DNA of 64,000 bases, from IMG/VR virus record IMGVR_UViG_3300027659_000017, positions 1-64,000 of that record. One strand, 5' to 3'. Source of the DNA: a virus. The notes under the pieces are model-generated. The model ran no database searches and was not told where the DNA came from. It worked only from the letters and a program-made list of their open reading frames with translations. This document shows positions 1-8,512 of this stretch, piece after piece. The translations under genes and the position numbers were made by a program. Each line of letters begins with the position of its first letter. Within the stretch, counting starts at the first letter, position 1.

Positions 1-55
1 CATTTTGTTATAGGGTGGGCTGAGGAGATTCAAAATAAAAGACTAACTTAGCTCT

Positions 56-499
56 ATGAAAAAAATAGACATGGGAGACTATGTACTCCTTGCAGGTAGA
101 AATGCTACAGAAATATTTGATCATTACAATGTATCAGAAATGCATGGTCTTAACCTTGCTGATGCCAAGTCAGAAGAAGTAGATAAGACTGTTGGTAATG
201 GGGTTTATATTTATGGATGGACTAACTATGACCCGGCTGATAAGAAACTTACTGCAAAGGATCCATACAAACCATTCCTGTTTATTAACCTTGGTACTTT
301 TACCAAGTATTCCCCTACAGAGAAAGCTACAGCTGTTATGCATGAGACCATGCACATGAGTATCTTACTAAATAACTGGAACATCAAGGATAAGGAAGAA
401 GAGGTTATTGGTTATGCTGAAGAACAAGCTAACAAGATAATTGATAAGTTAGGATTTAGTTTTAAGGAGCAACCTAAGAAAGGGTTTTTTAAAAAATGA
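56..499 (+). CDS. HExxH zincin-like protein
   Basis: 147 aa ORF; VMHETMHMS motif followed by an acidic helix (KEEEVI) that could supply a third Zn ligand. Confidence 0.6.
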   Translation: MKKIDMGDYVLLAGRNATEIFDHYNVSEMHGLNLADAKSEEVDKTVGNGVYIYGWTNYDPADKKLTAKDPYKPFLFINLGTFTKYSPTEKATAVMHETMHMSILLNNWNIKDKEEEVIGYAEEQANKIIDKLGFSFKEQPKKGFFKK

Positions 500-510
500 A
501 AGTATATAAA

Positions 511-543
511 GGTCCCGGGGGTATATTACTCTTGGGACTTTTT
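511..543 (+). terminator. intrinsic terminator hairpin (unit 1 of array)
   Basis: ggtcccgggggta-tat-tactcttgggact stem with G-U pairs, then T-run, just after ORF 56..499. Confidence 0.7.
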
Positions 544-552
544 GTATATTTG

Positions 553-624
553 TAGTGTCACTTATAAAAGATTGTCAATAATTTGACATTGCAAATCCCT
601 TGGTATTTATATCAGGGGATTTTT
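553..624 (+). ncRNA. putative small RNA 1 (promoter-short body-terminator)
   Basis: TATATTTG at 545-552, ~40 nt ORF-free body, hairpin 593-622 plus T-run. Confidence 0.45.
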
Positions 625-633
625 GTATATTTG

Positions 634-702
634 GTTTTGAAAAATTATCGTTACAAGCTAGGTAAGGAAGTGTCCCGGGAAAGTTTTTTCTTGGGACATT
701 TT
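634..702 (+). ncRNA. putative small RNA 2
   Basis: TATATTTG at 626-633, 37 nt body, hairpin 671-698 plus T-run. Confidence 0.45.
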
Positions 703-729
703 GTTTATAGAAAAATGTTTGTATATTTG

Positions 730-795
730 ATCTGTTCAAGTTAAGAATTAAGTTAATTGTTTCTGAAAGTCCCAGGTCTCCCACCTGGGATTTTT
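730..795 (+). ncRNA. putative small RNA 3
   Basis: TTTG 700-703 / TATATTTG 722-729, 38 nt body, hairpin 768-792 plus T-run. Confidence 0.45.
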
Positions 796-820
796 GGTTT
801 AAAAAAGTTTCTTATATTTG
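793..820 (+). promoter_or_regulatory. Bacteroidota-type promoter (TTTG..TAnnTTTG)
   Basis: TTTG 793-796 and TATATTTG 813-820, 20 nt before ATG at 841. Confidence 0.65.
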
Positions 821-840
821 TGATACCAACAAACTGTAAT

Positions 841-1038
841 ATGGAAGAAAAAGTAATGCTCTCTTTGATAGAGAAAGAAGAAGGACTTGAAGTCCGAGTT
901 AATGAAGCTGCCTATGGTAATCTTGCTGTCATAGGTTTATTAGAGAGGATTAAGTTTAATCTTCTGTCTGATCTACCTGAAGAGGTCACTAGTCAGAATC
1001 CTAAGAAGTCTGAGTCTAAGCCTAAGTATGATGCGTAA
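841..1038 (+). CDS. hypothetical protein (65 aa)
   Basis: ATG 841 follows a promoter and A/C-rich leader; the track start 757 lies in the non-coding array. Confidence 0.7.
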   Translation: MEEKVMLSLIEKEEGLEVRVNEAAYGNLAVIGLLERIKFNLLSDLPEEVTSQNPKKSESKPKYDA

Positions 1039-1285
1039 GTATGTAAAGAAACCTGTAGTAGTTGAAGCACTACAATGGACAGGGGAAAATACAAAGGAGA
1101 TTGTGGCTTTCTGTACTGAGTGTTTTAGCTATCAAAAGAATGATGTAAACATTCTGGTGATTAATACTCTAGAAGGTACCATGAAAGCTTCAATAGGAGA
1201 CTATGTGATTAAGGGGATACAAGGAGAGTTCTATGCATGCAAGCCGGATATCTTCTTATTGACCTATGATGATGTAACAAATTAA
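1028..1285 (+). CDS. conserved phage protein, PGDYG-like (KKPVVVEA..TLEG..GDYVIKG..GEFY.CKPDIF)
   Basis: motif string typical of a widespread phage family. Confidence 0.75.
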   Translation: MMRKYVKKPVVVEALQWTGENTKEIVAFCTECFSYQKNDVNILVINTLEGTMKASIGDYVIKGIQGEFYACKPDIFLLTYDDVTN

Positions 1286-1295
1286 AATCAACAAT

Positions 1296-1589
1296 ATGAA
1301 ACCGTTTCAAAAATTAAGAGGTAGAACTATTCTACTTAATGTTCCTAAGAGAAAGGAATCTGCTATCCAGTTAAGTGCTAAGGATGAGGAGGCAATCATG
1401 CAGGAAGCTGTAAAGATGTGGAATAAACTTACAGTGTATGCAATAGGAGACAAGGTAGAGGAAGTAAAAGAAGGTGATGAAGTATACATCCGTACTAGTT
1501 CCTTGAATATGGAGCTTGTAGAAAGAATTGATATTGACGGGGAAGTTAAGCTTGTCCTTAATGAGGGAGATGTAATTATCATCTGGTAA
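1296..1589 (+). CDS. GroES/Cpn10-like co-chaperonin
   Basis: 97 aa; LRGRTILL..AIQL..VYAIGDKVEEVKEGDEVYI..LNEGDVI follows the GroES pattern. Confidence 0.65.
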   Translation: MKPFQKLRGRTILLNVPKRKESAIQLSAKDEEAIMQEAVKMWNKLTVYAIGDKVEEVKEGDEVYIRTSSLNMELVERIDIDGEVKLVLNEGDVIIIW

Positions 1590-1635
1590 CTTTCCCTACA
1601 TAAGGGACTAAACCCCTAAAAAAGACTACAAATAC

Positions 1636-1665
1636 TTGCATTTACAAAAAGCTTTAGTATATTTA
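1636..1665 (+). promoter_or_regulatory. putative promoter TTG-N19-TATATTTA
   Basis: same architecture as other intergenic motifs; upstream of ATG 1686. Confidence 0.5.
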
Positions 1666-1685
1666 CAGATACTAATAGACTCATT

Positions 1686-1886
1686 ATGATGACAAAGCTT
1701 GTAGTTTTAATTGTTGGAATAGCTCTTATATTGTTCTTGTTCTTAGTTAACAATGCAATGAGTAAGCCTATTTACAACAAGATGCATAATATGTGGCAAG
1801 ATGATCCAATTGGTAGACAATATGCTCAGATGACTATTGTTGTTATGTTGATCATTGCCTTTGTCCTCGGTGCTGTTGTTCTCTGA
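1686..1886 (+). CDS. small membrane protein (2 TM)
   Basis: two hydrophobic stretches in 66 aa. Confidence 0.7.
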   Translation: MMTKLVVLIVGIALILFLFLVNNAMSKPIYNKMHNMWQDDPIGRQYAQMTIVVMLIIAFVLGAVVL

Positions 1887-1912
1887 TGTACCTTGTTTTG
1901 ACGCAATAAAAG

Positions 1913-1944
1913 AATCCTCAGAATTATTTCTGGGGATTTTTTTT
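1913..1944 (+). terminator. intrinsic terminator
   Basis: aatcctcagaa/ttctggggatt stem plus T-run. Confidence 0.75.
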
Positions 1945-1993
1945 ATTCAGAAATTTTTTGTATATTATAGTATATCTATTAAAAATAAAAGTC

Positions 1994-2533
1994 ATGGACA
2001 TTTTAAATTTTATCTCTTGGATAAAGGGAAAACGCAGAATTAAAACTGCACCAAAAGGATCATTACTTGCAGTAGGTGTACCTACAGTTGCACGAGATGA
2101 CAGGTATATAACAGGAGCAATGACATTAGGTGATGCTACACAATCAGGTAATATTGGTAATACTAAACATTATGAGTTAGATAGAGCAGCTACTGATACT
2201 GTAGTAGTAGATACTCCACGTGGTATTATTGATATCATACGTATGGGATCATCTGCTCCTTTAACTCCTGGTCCAGCTTATGCTACTTCAGTTTCTTTTC
2301 GTATTGATAATTTAGGTTTAGATCTTACTCTAGCTAATAGAGATAATATATATGTACAGTATTCTGTATATTACAAAAACACTATAACTGACAATGCTAT
2401 TCCACACTTAATTGCTACAGGAGCTACAACTGGATTAGATTTTAATCTTTATAATGCTAATCCTGCAGTAGCCGGTGCTAATAACTGGGATGGTGACTTG
2501 TATGTATACTTTGAACTTTATACAATCAATTAA
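1994..2533 (+). CDS. putative virion fibre/appendage protein
   Basis: ATG 1994 after A-rich leader; beta-rich; N-terminus resembles that of 3002..4222. Confidence 0.6.
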   Translation: MDILNFISWIKGKRRIKTAPKGSLLAVGVPTVARDDRYITGAMTLGDATQSGNIGNTKHYELDRAATDTVVVDTPRGIIDIIRMGSSAPLTPGPAYATSVSFRIDNLGLDLTLANRDNIYVQYSVYYKNTITDNAIPHLIATGATTGLDFNLYNANPAVAGANNWDGDLYVYFELYTIN

Positions 2534-2539
2534 TAAAGT

Positions 2540-2740
2540 ATGGTAAAGTTTTTCCCAGTATCTCCAGATCCATATCTTAAACAAGATAATGATATGGCAC
2601 CAGCAAAGTTTGGGCATTTAAATGCTATACTTGCTAACATACGTAGAGAATTTTCAGACAATTCTGCAGCTATTGCTGGAGGATTAAAAGTAGGTGAACT
2701 ATACAGTACACCGGATGGAACAGTAAAAATTGTAAAATAA
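2540..2740 (+). CDS. small structural/fibre-associated protein
   Basis: FSDNSAAIAGGLKVGELYST motif, recalled from fibre-like proteins. Confidence 0.55.
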   Translation: MVKFFPVSPDPYLKQDNDMAPAKFGHLNAILANIRREFSDNSAAIAGGLKVGELYSTPDGTVKIVK

Positions 2741-2746
2741 ATAAAG

Positions 2747-2995
2747 ATGGCAACACAAGGATTAAACAAAGATTATGTTACTAATAAAGTATATATCTCT
2801 AGTCAGATTATGACTACAGCAGAAGCAAAGGCTGCAGAACTAACTACACTAGTACAAGATATTGCTGCTTTTGGTATTTTTCGTTCAATAGATGAAGCAG
2901 TTGCAGAAGTACCTTCTGGAACATTTGTTCTTGTTGATAAATCAGGAGGTGATTTGTCTGATGTAGTAGTAATGGTAGTACCTGCTATATTTTAA
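2747..2995 (+). CDS. hypothetical protein
   Basis: tightly packed ORF in operon. Confidence 0.65.
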   Translation: MATQGLNKDYVTNKVYISSQIMTTAEAKAAELTTLVQDIAAFGIFRSIDEAVAEVPSGTFVLVDKSGGDLSDVVVMVVPAIF

Positions 2996-3001
2996 GAAGT
3001 C

Positions 3002-4222
3002 ATGTTAAATAACATATCAAACTTTTTCAGCCTGATTACAGGAAGAAGAGTTAAAAAGACACTGGCTCCTAATGATATGATTGCAATTGGTGTCAGAAAT
3101 CCAGTTACTAAACTTGACTTCCAACCATCAGCAATTTTCTTTAAAGACTTAGAAGCTCAAATAGCAAATCAAATTCCACTAGGACCTGTTGGTCCACAAG
3201 GTCCTATAGGTCCACAAGGTGTACCAGGTCCAGTAGGTCCAGCAGGATTGAACTGGCAAGGTTCATGGTCAGCATTAGGAACATATGTAATAGATGATGC
3301 AGTAGGTTACGGAGGAGCTTCTTGGTTTTGTATAGACCCTGTAGGTCCTTCTGCTACTACACCTGACCTAGATCCAACTAACTGGGCATTACTTGCATCA
3401 CAAGGATCACCAGGAACTGCAGGACCACAAGGCGTTGCAGGAGTAGCAGGACCTAATAATATTACTTTGGGTACTACAGATATTATATCTGGGGCTGCCT
3501 ATAGAGTATTATTTCAATCATCTGCAAATAAAGTAGTTTCAGACCAAAGGTTTAGGTTTGATACTACCCGTGGATCATTAATTAGTACAGGTAAATTAAC
3601 AACAACATCTAACACAGCTCTTGGAGATTGGGCATTAGGTAACAATGCAGTGGGTGGTGTTAATAATACAGCAGTAGGTTACCAAGCTTTAAGAAATTTA
3701 TCAACTGCTTCTGATAATGTAGCAATTGGTAATTCAGCTGCATTAGGAATAACAACAGGAAATGCTAATGTAGCCATTGGTAAAAGTGCTATGGGCTTCT
3801 CAACAAGTAATGTATCTGGTCTTGTAGCAATTGGATCAAATGCCTTAGTTAATGGACCTGCTGGATCTGTAGCTGTTGGAGCATCTGCATTATCATTTAC
3901 AACAGGTCAGTATAATACTGCATTAGGTCAAGAGGCTGGTATTAATGTATCAACAGGACTTGGTAATACATTTATTGGACCTCAAACAGGTAATGCAACT
4001 ACTACAGGAGATTACAATATTTTTATTGGTCCTGCAGCTGGTTTTACTGGTAACTTTAGCAGTACTTGTGTTATTGGTCAGACTAATGCTACAGCAAATA
4101 ATCAAATGGTCATTGGAGCAATTGGTGCTGAGTTTGGTACTGTAGCTGCACAAGTAAATACATCTACTAAGTATTGGGAGGTTACCATTAATGGCGTAGT
4201 ACAAAAAATTCTACTAGCCTAA
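3002..4222 (+). CDS. tail fibre-like protein with collagen triplets and NTA(V/L)G beta-roll repeats
   Basis: (GPx)n GPVGPQGPIGPQGVPGPVGPAG; WQGSWS..Y..DDAV.Y.G.SW module; ~14-aa NTAVGYQAL/NVAIG repeats. Confidence 0.75.
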   Translation: MLNNISNFFSLITGRRVKKTLAPNDMIAIGVRNPVTKLDFQPSAIFFKDLEAQIANQIPLGPVGPQGPIGPQGVPGPVGPAGLNWQGSWSALGTYVIDDAVGYGGASWFCIDPVGPSATTPDLDPTNWALLASQGSPGTAGPQGVAGVAGPNNITLGTTDIISGAAYRVLFQSSANKVVSDQRFRFDTTRGSLISTGKLTTTSNTALGDWALGNNAVGGVNNTAVGYQALRNLSTASDNVAIGNSAALGITTGNANVAIGKSAMGFSTSNVSGLVAIGSNALVNGPAGSVAVGASALSFTTGQYNTALGQEAGINVSTGLGNTFIGPQTGNATTTGDYNIFIGPAAGFTGNFSSTCVIGQTNATANNQMVIGAIGAEFGTVAAQVNTSTKYWEVTINGVVQKILLA

Positions 4223-4223
4223 T

Positions 4224-4343
4224 ATGACACCAGAAGAGGCAAAGAAGATTATTGAACAAGCTATTAATGCTGGATCATTAAAGGGTATATACAGCTTAGA
4301 TGATATGAAACTTATCATAGAAGCATTAACAGTAATAAAATAA
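4224..4343 (+). CDS. small hypothetical protein, 39 aa (MTPEEAKKIIEQAINAGSLKGIYSLDDMKLIIEALTVIK)
   Basis: fills the gap between flanking genes; below ORF-track cutoff. Confidence 0.7.
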   Translation: MTPEEAKKIIEQAINAGSLKGIYSLDDMKLIIEALTVIK

Positions 4344-4349
4344 GAAATT

Positions 4350-4721
4350 ATGTCAATAGGTAATTTAAAAGACTACGGGAATAAAGGAAATAACTTTCCT
4401 TGGCAGTTGAAAATGCTTCAAGGGTTACAAGGTATCATTGATAGCAACACTAATTGTTGTACAAAGCTTACCGCTTTATTAGAACCACGAGTAAGAACTC
4501 CACGTGTAGTAAGAACAAGTGGTCCTTTTACAAATGCCGTAGATGTGTATAGTTTTTCTATAGCTAATGTTGGTACTGTAAATGGAACTGCGTTAGGAGT
4601 AACAATTAAGCCAGGGGAAATAGTAAACTTTGATGCCAGTGCAATGAATAACTATTTTGGTATAGGTGCTATAAATGCAGATGGTACAGGTACAGAACTA
4701 TTGATTTCTTATATATTCTAA
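4350..4721 (+). CDS. putative structural protein
   Basis: beta-rich C-terminal half; in fibre operon. Confidence 0.6.
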   Translation: MSIGNLKDYGNKGNNFPWQLKMLQGLQGIIDSNTNCCTKLTALLEPRVRTPRVVRTSGPFTNAVDVYSFSIANVGTVNGTALGVTIKPGEIVNFDASAMNNYFGIGAINADGTGTELLISYIF

Positions 4722-4722
4722 A

Positions 4723-5286
4723 ATGAGTACTACAATCTACTTAGATAAGTACTCACAGAACCCTAATGGATATCTGAGCAGACTGTACACGCAGACTAAC
4801 TCTAGTACTCCTGTAACAGCTACCGCTGTTGAAGGTAGTTTATTAGATGGTGGTTTAGGAACTCTTACTATTCCTGCAAATGGATTTCAAGTAGGGGATA
4901 GCTTTACTGGTGTATTGATAGGTCACTTATCTTGTGTAGGTACAGCTACTTTACAGATTAGAGTTAAAACTGCTTCAGGAATATTACTAGCAGATACAGG
5001 TGCAATGGCAATGAGTGCTGCTACTACTAAGCACTGGAAACTAGATGTTAATTTTACTGTAAGACAATTAGGAGCAGCTACCGTAGCTTCTATAGCATCA
5101 GGAGGATTGTTTGCATATACTAAGAATTCAGGCCTTAACTTTGAAGGAGTAAATTTTAGTCTTGTAAACAACACAACTTTTGATACTACTGTATTAAACA
5201 CACTGGTTATTACTGCTCAATGGAATACTAACAATGCAGGGAACTCTATTTATTCAGAAATATTCACATTAAGTAAGACATACTAA
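4723..5286 (+). CDS. putative structural protein (jelly-roll-like)
   Basis: T/S/G-rich beta protein (LTIPANGFQVGD). Confidence 0.6.
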   Translation: MSTTIYLDKYSQNPNGYLSRLYTQTNSSTPVTATAVEGSLLDGGLGTLTIPANGFQVGDSFTGVLIGHLSCVGTATLQIRVKTASGILLADTGAMAMSAATTKHWKLDVNFTVRQLGAATVASIASGGLFAYTKNSGLNFEGVNFSLVNNTTFDTTVLNTLVITAQWNTNNAGNSIYSEIFTLSKTY

Positions 5287-5747
5287 TGAGTACTCAGATA
5301 TTCATAAATCAGCCTTCAGAATTTACTACACTAGTAGTACCAATTACTAGTGCGCAAATTAAAACCATGGGTACTAGTACTATAACATTATTACCTGCAC
5401 CAGGAGCTAATAAATATTATGTAGTTAATAGAGTAACTTTAGAATACACATTCGGATCTCTTGCTTATATTTTTCCCACATCATTAGCTTTTTATTTAGA
5501 TGGGTGTTTTGATTCTTATATTGATAAGACACTATTAACATCATCAACAAATACTGTTGCTACAATTTCTGGAAATTTAAGAAATACGTATCAAGTAGGT
5601 TTAGGCTCAGGTTCTGTTTTTGTAAAAACAAATAAAGATGTCTTGAATGCAAGTTTAAGTATGGGTACTCAGAATAACGATGACCCTACTACTGGAGATG
5701 GAACTATGAATGTTATAATTGAGTATAAGATAGTAACCTTTACCTAA
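5286..5747 (+). CDS. putative structural protein
   Basis: ITSAQIKTMGTSTITLLPAPGANKYY..GDGTMNVIIEY; start overlaps previous stop. Confidence 0.6.
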   Translation: MSTQIFINQPSEFTTLVVPITSAQIKTMGTSTITLLPAPGANKYYVVNRVTLEYTFGSLAYIFPTSLAFYLDGCFDSYIDKTLLTSSTNTVATISGNLRNTYQVGLGSGSVFVKTNKDVLNASLSMGTQNNDDPTTGDGTMNVIIEYKIVTFT

Positions 5748-5819
5748 CTTTAGTAATGAAAATAAATCTCAAACATATCTTGATCATGGTACGTGCAGTA
5801 AGAACTCATACTTTTTAAT

Positions 5820-6368
5820 ATGAAAACATTACTTTGTAAATTAGTAAGTTCAGCTGGTTATAGAGATGTACATCATTTTATAAATAGTGCATTCCATCCA
5901 CAGATGGCAGGTACATGTGCAGGAGTTAGTGCATTCTTTGCAGGATTAGCATATTACTTTAATGCAGTTTTTGGAATTGTGTTACCTGTAGGTATAGGTA
6001 TTCTATTACTATTTGCTCTTGAGTTTTATACAGGACTTAAAGCTTCTAGAAAAGAAGGTTTAAAATTTGACTCAGAACTGTTTGGTAAAGGATGGTTTAA
6101 GTTGTTTGTATACATGTTGATGATTGGTGTATCACATGCAATGGCTGAAAATATTGTAATAAAACCTATTTTTGGAGTTACATTTAATGTATATGAATGG
6201 CTTCACTATGGCTTTTATAACTATATTATTATAAATTTGTTTTGGTCTAACTTAGAAAACTTTAAAAGATTAGGTTGGACAGAATACATACCTTTGTTAA
6301 AAGCATTATCAAAGCATATTAAAGATGAACCAATAAAACCAATAAAAAATGAAAGACAAGAACCTTAA
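5820..6368 (+). CDS. holin-like membrane protein
   Basis: several TM segments, EFYTGLKAS..K and SNLENF..LG motifs, upstream of endolysin. Confidence 0.7.
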   Translation: MKTLLCKLVSSAGYRDVHHFINSAFHPQMAGTCAGVSAFFAGLAYYFNAVFGIVLPVGIGILLLFALEFYTGLKASRKEGLKFDSELFGKGWFKLFVYMLMIGVSHAMAENIVIKPIFGVTFNVYEWLHYGFYNYIIINLFWSNLENFKRLGWTEYIPLLKALSKHIKDEPIKPIKNERQEP

Positions 6369-6585
6369 AGAAAGGTGGCAAGCAAAGACACCTAAGTTCT
6401 GGAAAAGAGTCCAAAGATGGGCTATTATTACAGGAGCTGTAGCAGGAATTATTATTGCAGCACCGGTAACATTACCAGCAGCTGTCATTACAACAGCAAC
6501 TTATTTGGTAACTGTAAGTGCAACATTAGCTACAGCATCCCAATTAACAGTAGATGACAAAGAAATTGATAACACACAAAAATAA
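6349..6585 (+). CDS. small membrane protein, holin/antiholin-like
   Basis: basic N-terminus (RWQAKTPKFWKR) plus two hydrophobic helices. Confidence 0.6.
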   Translation: MKDKNLKERWQAKTPKFWKRVQRWAIITGAVAGIIIAAPVTLPAAVITTATYLVTVSATLATASQLTVDDKEIDNTQK

Positions 6586-6590
6586 AAACC

Positions 6591-6893
6591 ATGGCAAAGA
6601 AAACCGTAAAAGTAAAAGACATTGAAGTAGAAGTGAAGACTAAGAAAGTCAAAGCTAAAGTAGTTAAGAAAGACAAGAAGGTTGACGTAGTAGTTGATAC
6701 TCCTAAAGTAGATGTAGAAATTCACAAAGATGAAGAAGTAAAAGAGATCATCTTTGACAGTGAGAAACTGGATGTTCAAGTTACAAAAACTGAAGAGGGA
6801 ACAACTGTTAAAGTTGAAGCTGCTAATCCTGCAATGGAAAGACTAGGTAACTGGTTAGGCAAACTGTTTAAAAAGAATCTTGATAAGAAGTAA
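6591..6893 (+). CDS. K/V/E-rich repeat protein
   Basis: three ~19-aa alternating-pattern repeats and amphipathic C-terminal helix. Confidence 0.6.
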   Translation: MAKKTVKVKDIEVEVKTKKVKAKVVKKDKKVDVVVDTPKVDVEIHKDEEVKEIIFDSEKLDVQVTKTEEGTTVKVEAANPAMERLGNWLGKLFKKNLDKK

Positions 6894-6894
6894 G

Positions 6895-7578
6895 ATGGCT
6901 GAATTGGATTTAAGCAAAATCAAACATGTTGCATTAAAAGAAGGTCAGTACTTTAGAGAAGAGATAAAGAAAGTACAGATCGTGTTGCATCATACTGCAG
7001 GAAACTCTTCTGCTCCTGCAACTATTCAGAACTGGAACAATGATGATAGAGGTAGAATAGCTACATGTATTGTTGTATCTGGTAAAGGACAATCTACAGG
7101 AACCTATGATGGAGAGATCTGTCAGTGTTTTAGTTCTAAATACTGGGCATATCACTTAGGTCTTAAACAAGATGTATTCAGAGCTCAAGGTGTTCCTTAT
7201 AAATCTATTGATCCAATTGCAATAGGAATTGAAATTTGCAACTGGGGACCACTTACATTAAAAGGCAACAAGTTTTACAACTATGTAGATAGAGAAGTTG
7301 CTCTCGACCAAGTGTGTGCTTTGGACAAACCCTACAAGGGACATTTGTATTACCATGCATACACAGATGCACAGATTGAATCAGTAAGACAATTGCTAGA
7401 ATACTGGGGAAAGGTACACAACATTCCATTGATTTATAATGAACAAGATATGTGGGGTGTTTCTAAGAATGCATTAAGTGCAGTGCCAGGTGTGTATACT
7501 CATAACTCCTATAGAAAGGATAAGAGTGACATATCTCCACAACCTAAGATGATAGCAATGCTTAAAACTTTGAAATAA
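6895..7578 (+). CDS. endolysin, N-acetylmuramoyl-L-alanine amidase (Amidase_2-like)
   Basis: IVLHHTAG, WAYHLG, IGIEICNWG, YTDAQIES, THNSYRKDKSD motifs; ATG 6895. Confidence 0.85.
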   Translation: MAELDLSKIKHVALKEGQYFREEIKKVQIVLHHTAGNSSAPATIQNWNNDDRGRIATCIVVSGKGQSTGTYDGEICQCFSSKYWAYHLGLKQDVFRAQGVPYKSIDPIAIGIEICNWGPLTLKGNKFYNYVDREVALDQVCALDKPYKGHLYYHAYTDAQIESVRQLLEYWGKVHNIPLIYNEQDMWGVSKNALSAVPGVYTHNSYRKDKSDISPQPKMIAMLKTLK

Positions 7579-7736
7579 TGAAATTTAGAAATAGCTGGAA
7601 AAATCATAAACCTAACTGGAAGACAATAACTATAAGATGTAGACTATCTTTATTAGATATCTTATCCTTAGAGATTGATCCTTCTAGATCATTTTACTCA
7701 ATAACCATTTTAAACTTTACACTTAAAAACAGATAA
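7578..7736 (+). CDS. small hypothetical protein, 52 aa (MKFRNSWKNHKPNWKTITIRCRLSLL...)
   Basis: ATG overlaps amidase stop; ends 1 nt before next ATG; not in ORF track. Confidence 0.7.
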   Translation: MKFRNSWKNHKPNWKTITIRCRLSLLDILSLEIDPSRSFYSITILNFTLKNR

Positions 7737-7737
7737 C

Positions 7738-8106
7738 ATGAAAAATCAGTCAATAAAACCTATTGGTAAATATGAAGTTGGCGGTACCAATGAGGATGAA
7801 TGCATGGAAGTATATACTGATGCAAATGGTAAACCAAAAAAAAGAAGAAAAAAAGGTTGTGGATATGCTGCCTCACAAAGGTATAATAAGAAACAACAAG
7901 GAAAAGCAAAAAGAAGAGAAACAATTGGAAAAGTTGTTGCTGGAGTAGGTGCTGCAGGTGCAGCAACTGCTGCTTATCTTAGTAATATCTTTGGTGTAAA
8001 AGACAAAGTAAAAGCTGCTCTTAACAATAATAAAGTTGGAGGAACCGTAAAAAAGAAAAGTGGAGGTCCTGTTAAAAGAACTCGTACTGCAATCAAAAAG
8101 AAATAA
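7738..8106 (+). CDS. small basic protein with xxxGG tags and one hydrophobic segment
   Basis: K-rich; YEVGG, NKVGG, KKSGG; VVAGVGAAGAATAAYL. Confidence 0.7.
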   Translation: MKNQSIKPIGKYEVGGTNEDECMEVYTDANGKPKKRRKKGCGYAASQRYNKKQQGKAKRRETIGKVVAGVGAAGAATAAYLSNIFGVKDKVKAALNNNKVGGTVKKKSGGPVKRTRTAIKKK

Positions 8107-8124
8107 ATCCACTCAAACTATAGT

Positions 8125-8157
8125 AATCCAGGTATCTTTATTACCTGGATTTTTTTT
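8125..8157 (+). terminator. intrinsic terminator
   Basis: aatccaggta/tacctggatt perfect stem plus T-run. Confidence 0.85.
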
Positions 8158-8160
8158 GTT

Positions 8161-8196
8161 TAAACAATTTGGGTTTAAACTATTATTGTATATTTG
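8161..8196 (+). promoter_or_regulatory. promoter TTTG-N17-TATATTTG overlapped by TAAAC-N7-GTTTA palindrome
   Basis: TTTG 8168-8171, TATATTTG 8189-8196, palindrome 8161-8177. Confidence 0.65.
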
Positions 8197-8218
8197 TCTA
8201 AACATTAATTAATATATT

Positions 8219-8512
8219 ATGAAAAACCAACAAGAAGAACAACTGACACCTGAACAGTTAGAGGCAAGAAGAGATGAAATGAAAAACTTCTATGAGTCAT
8301 CTATTCCTTATCTTGAAGCTCAAGCAAAGTATGAGAAGTTACTTACTGATGTAGAAGAGTCAAGATACAAAAGAGCTACTATGCAAATTCAGTATGCAAC
8401 TATGATGGCTGCAACTCAAGGAGCAGATCTAGATGAAGAAGATGATGACATGCCAGAACAACCAGTTGCACCAGCACCGGCAGCAGGGAATAAAAAGTTA
8501 AAGAGAGGTTAA
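8219..8512 (+). CDS. hypothetical coiled-coil protein
   Basis: 97 aa helical ORF after promoter. Confidence 0.75.
   Translation: MKNQQEEQLTPEQLEARRDEMKNFYESSIPYLEAQAKYEKLLTDVEESRYKRATMQIQYATMMAATQGADLDEEDDDMPEQPVAPAPAAGNKKLKRG

Noticed and set aside
511-820. CRISPR mini-array interpretation of the hairpin array
   Set aside because: Hairpins share only TCCC/GGGA cores, not identical repeats; each has a T-run and promoter box; no cas operon
757-840. Track N-terminal extension of the 841 gene (also 1958, 6880, 21930, 44965 starts)
   Set aside because: Non-ATG starts overlapping terminators, promoters or upstream genes; downstream ATGs fit better
1590-1685. tRNA or other structured RNA in the gap
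   Set aside because: No cloverleaf or T-loop; only a weak tccc/ggga hairpin and a promoter-like motif
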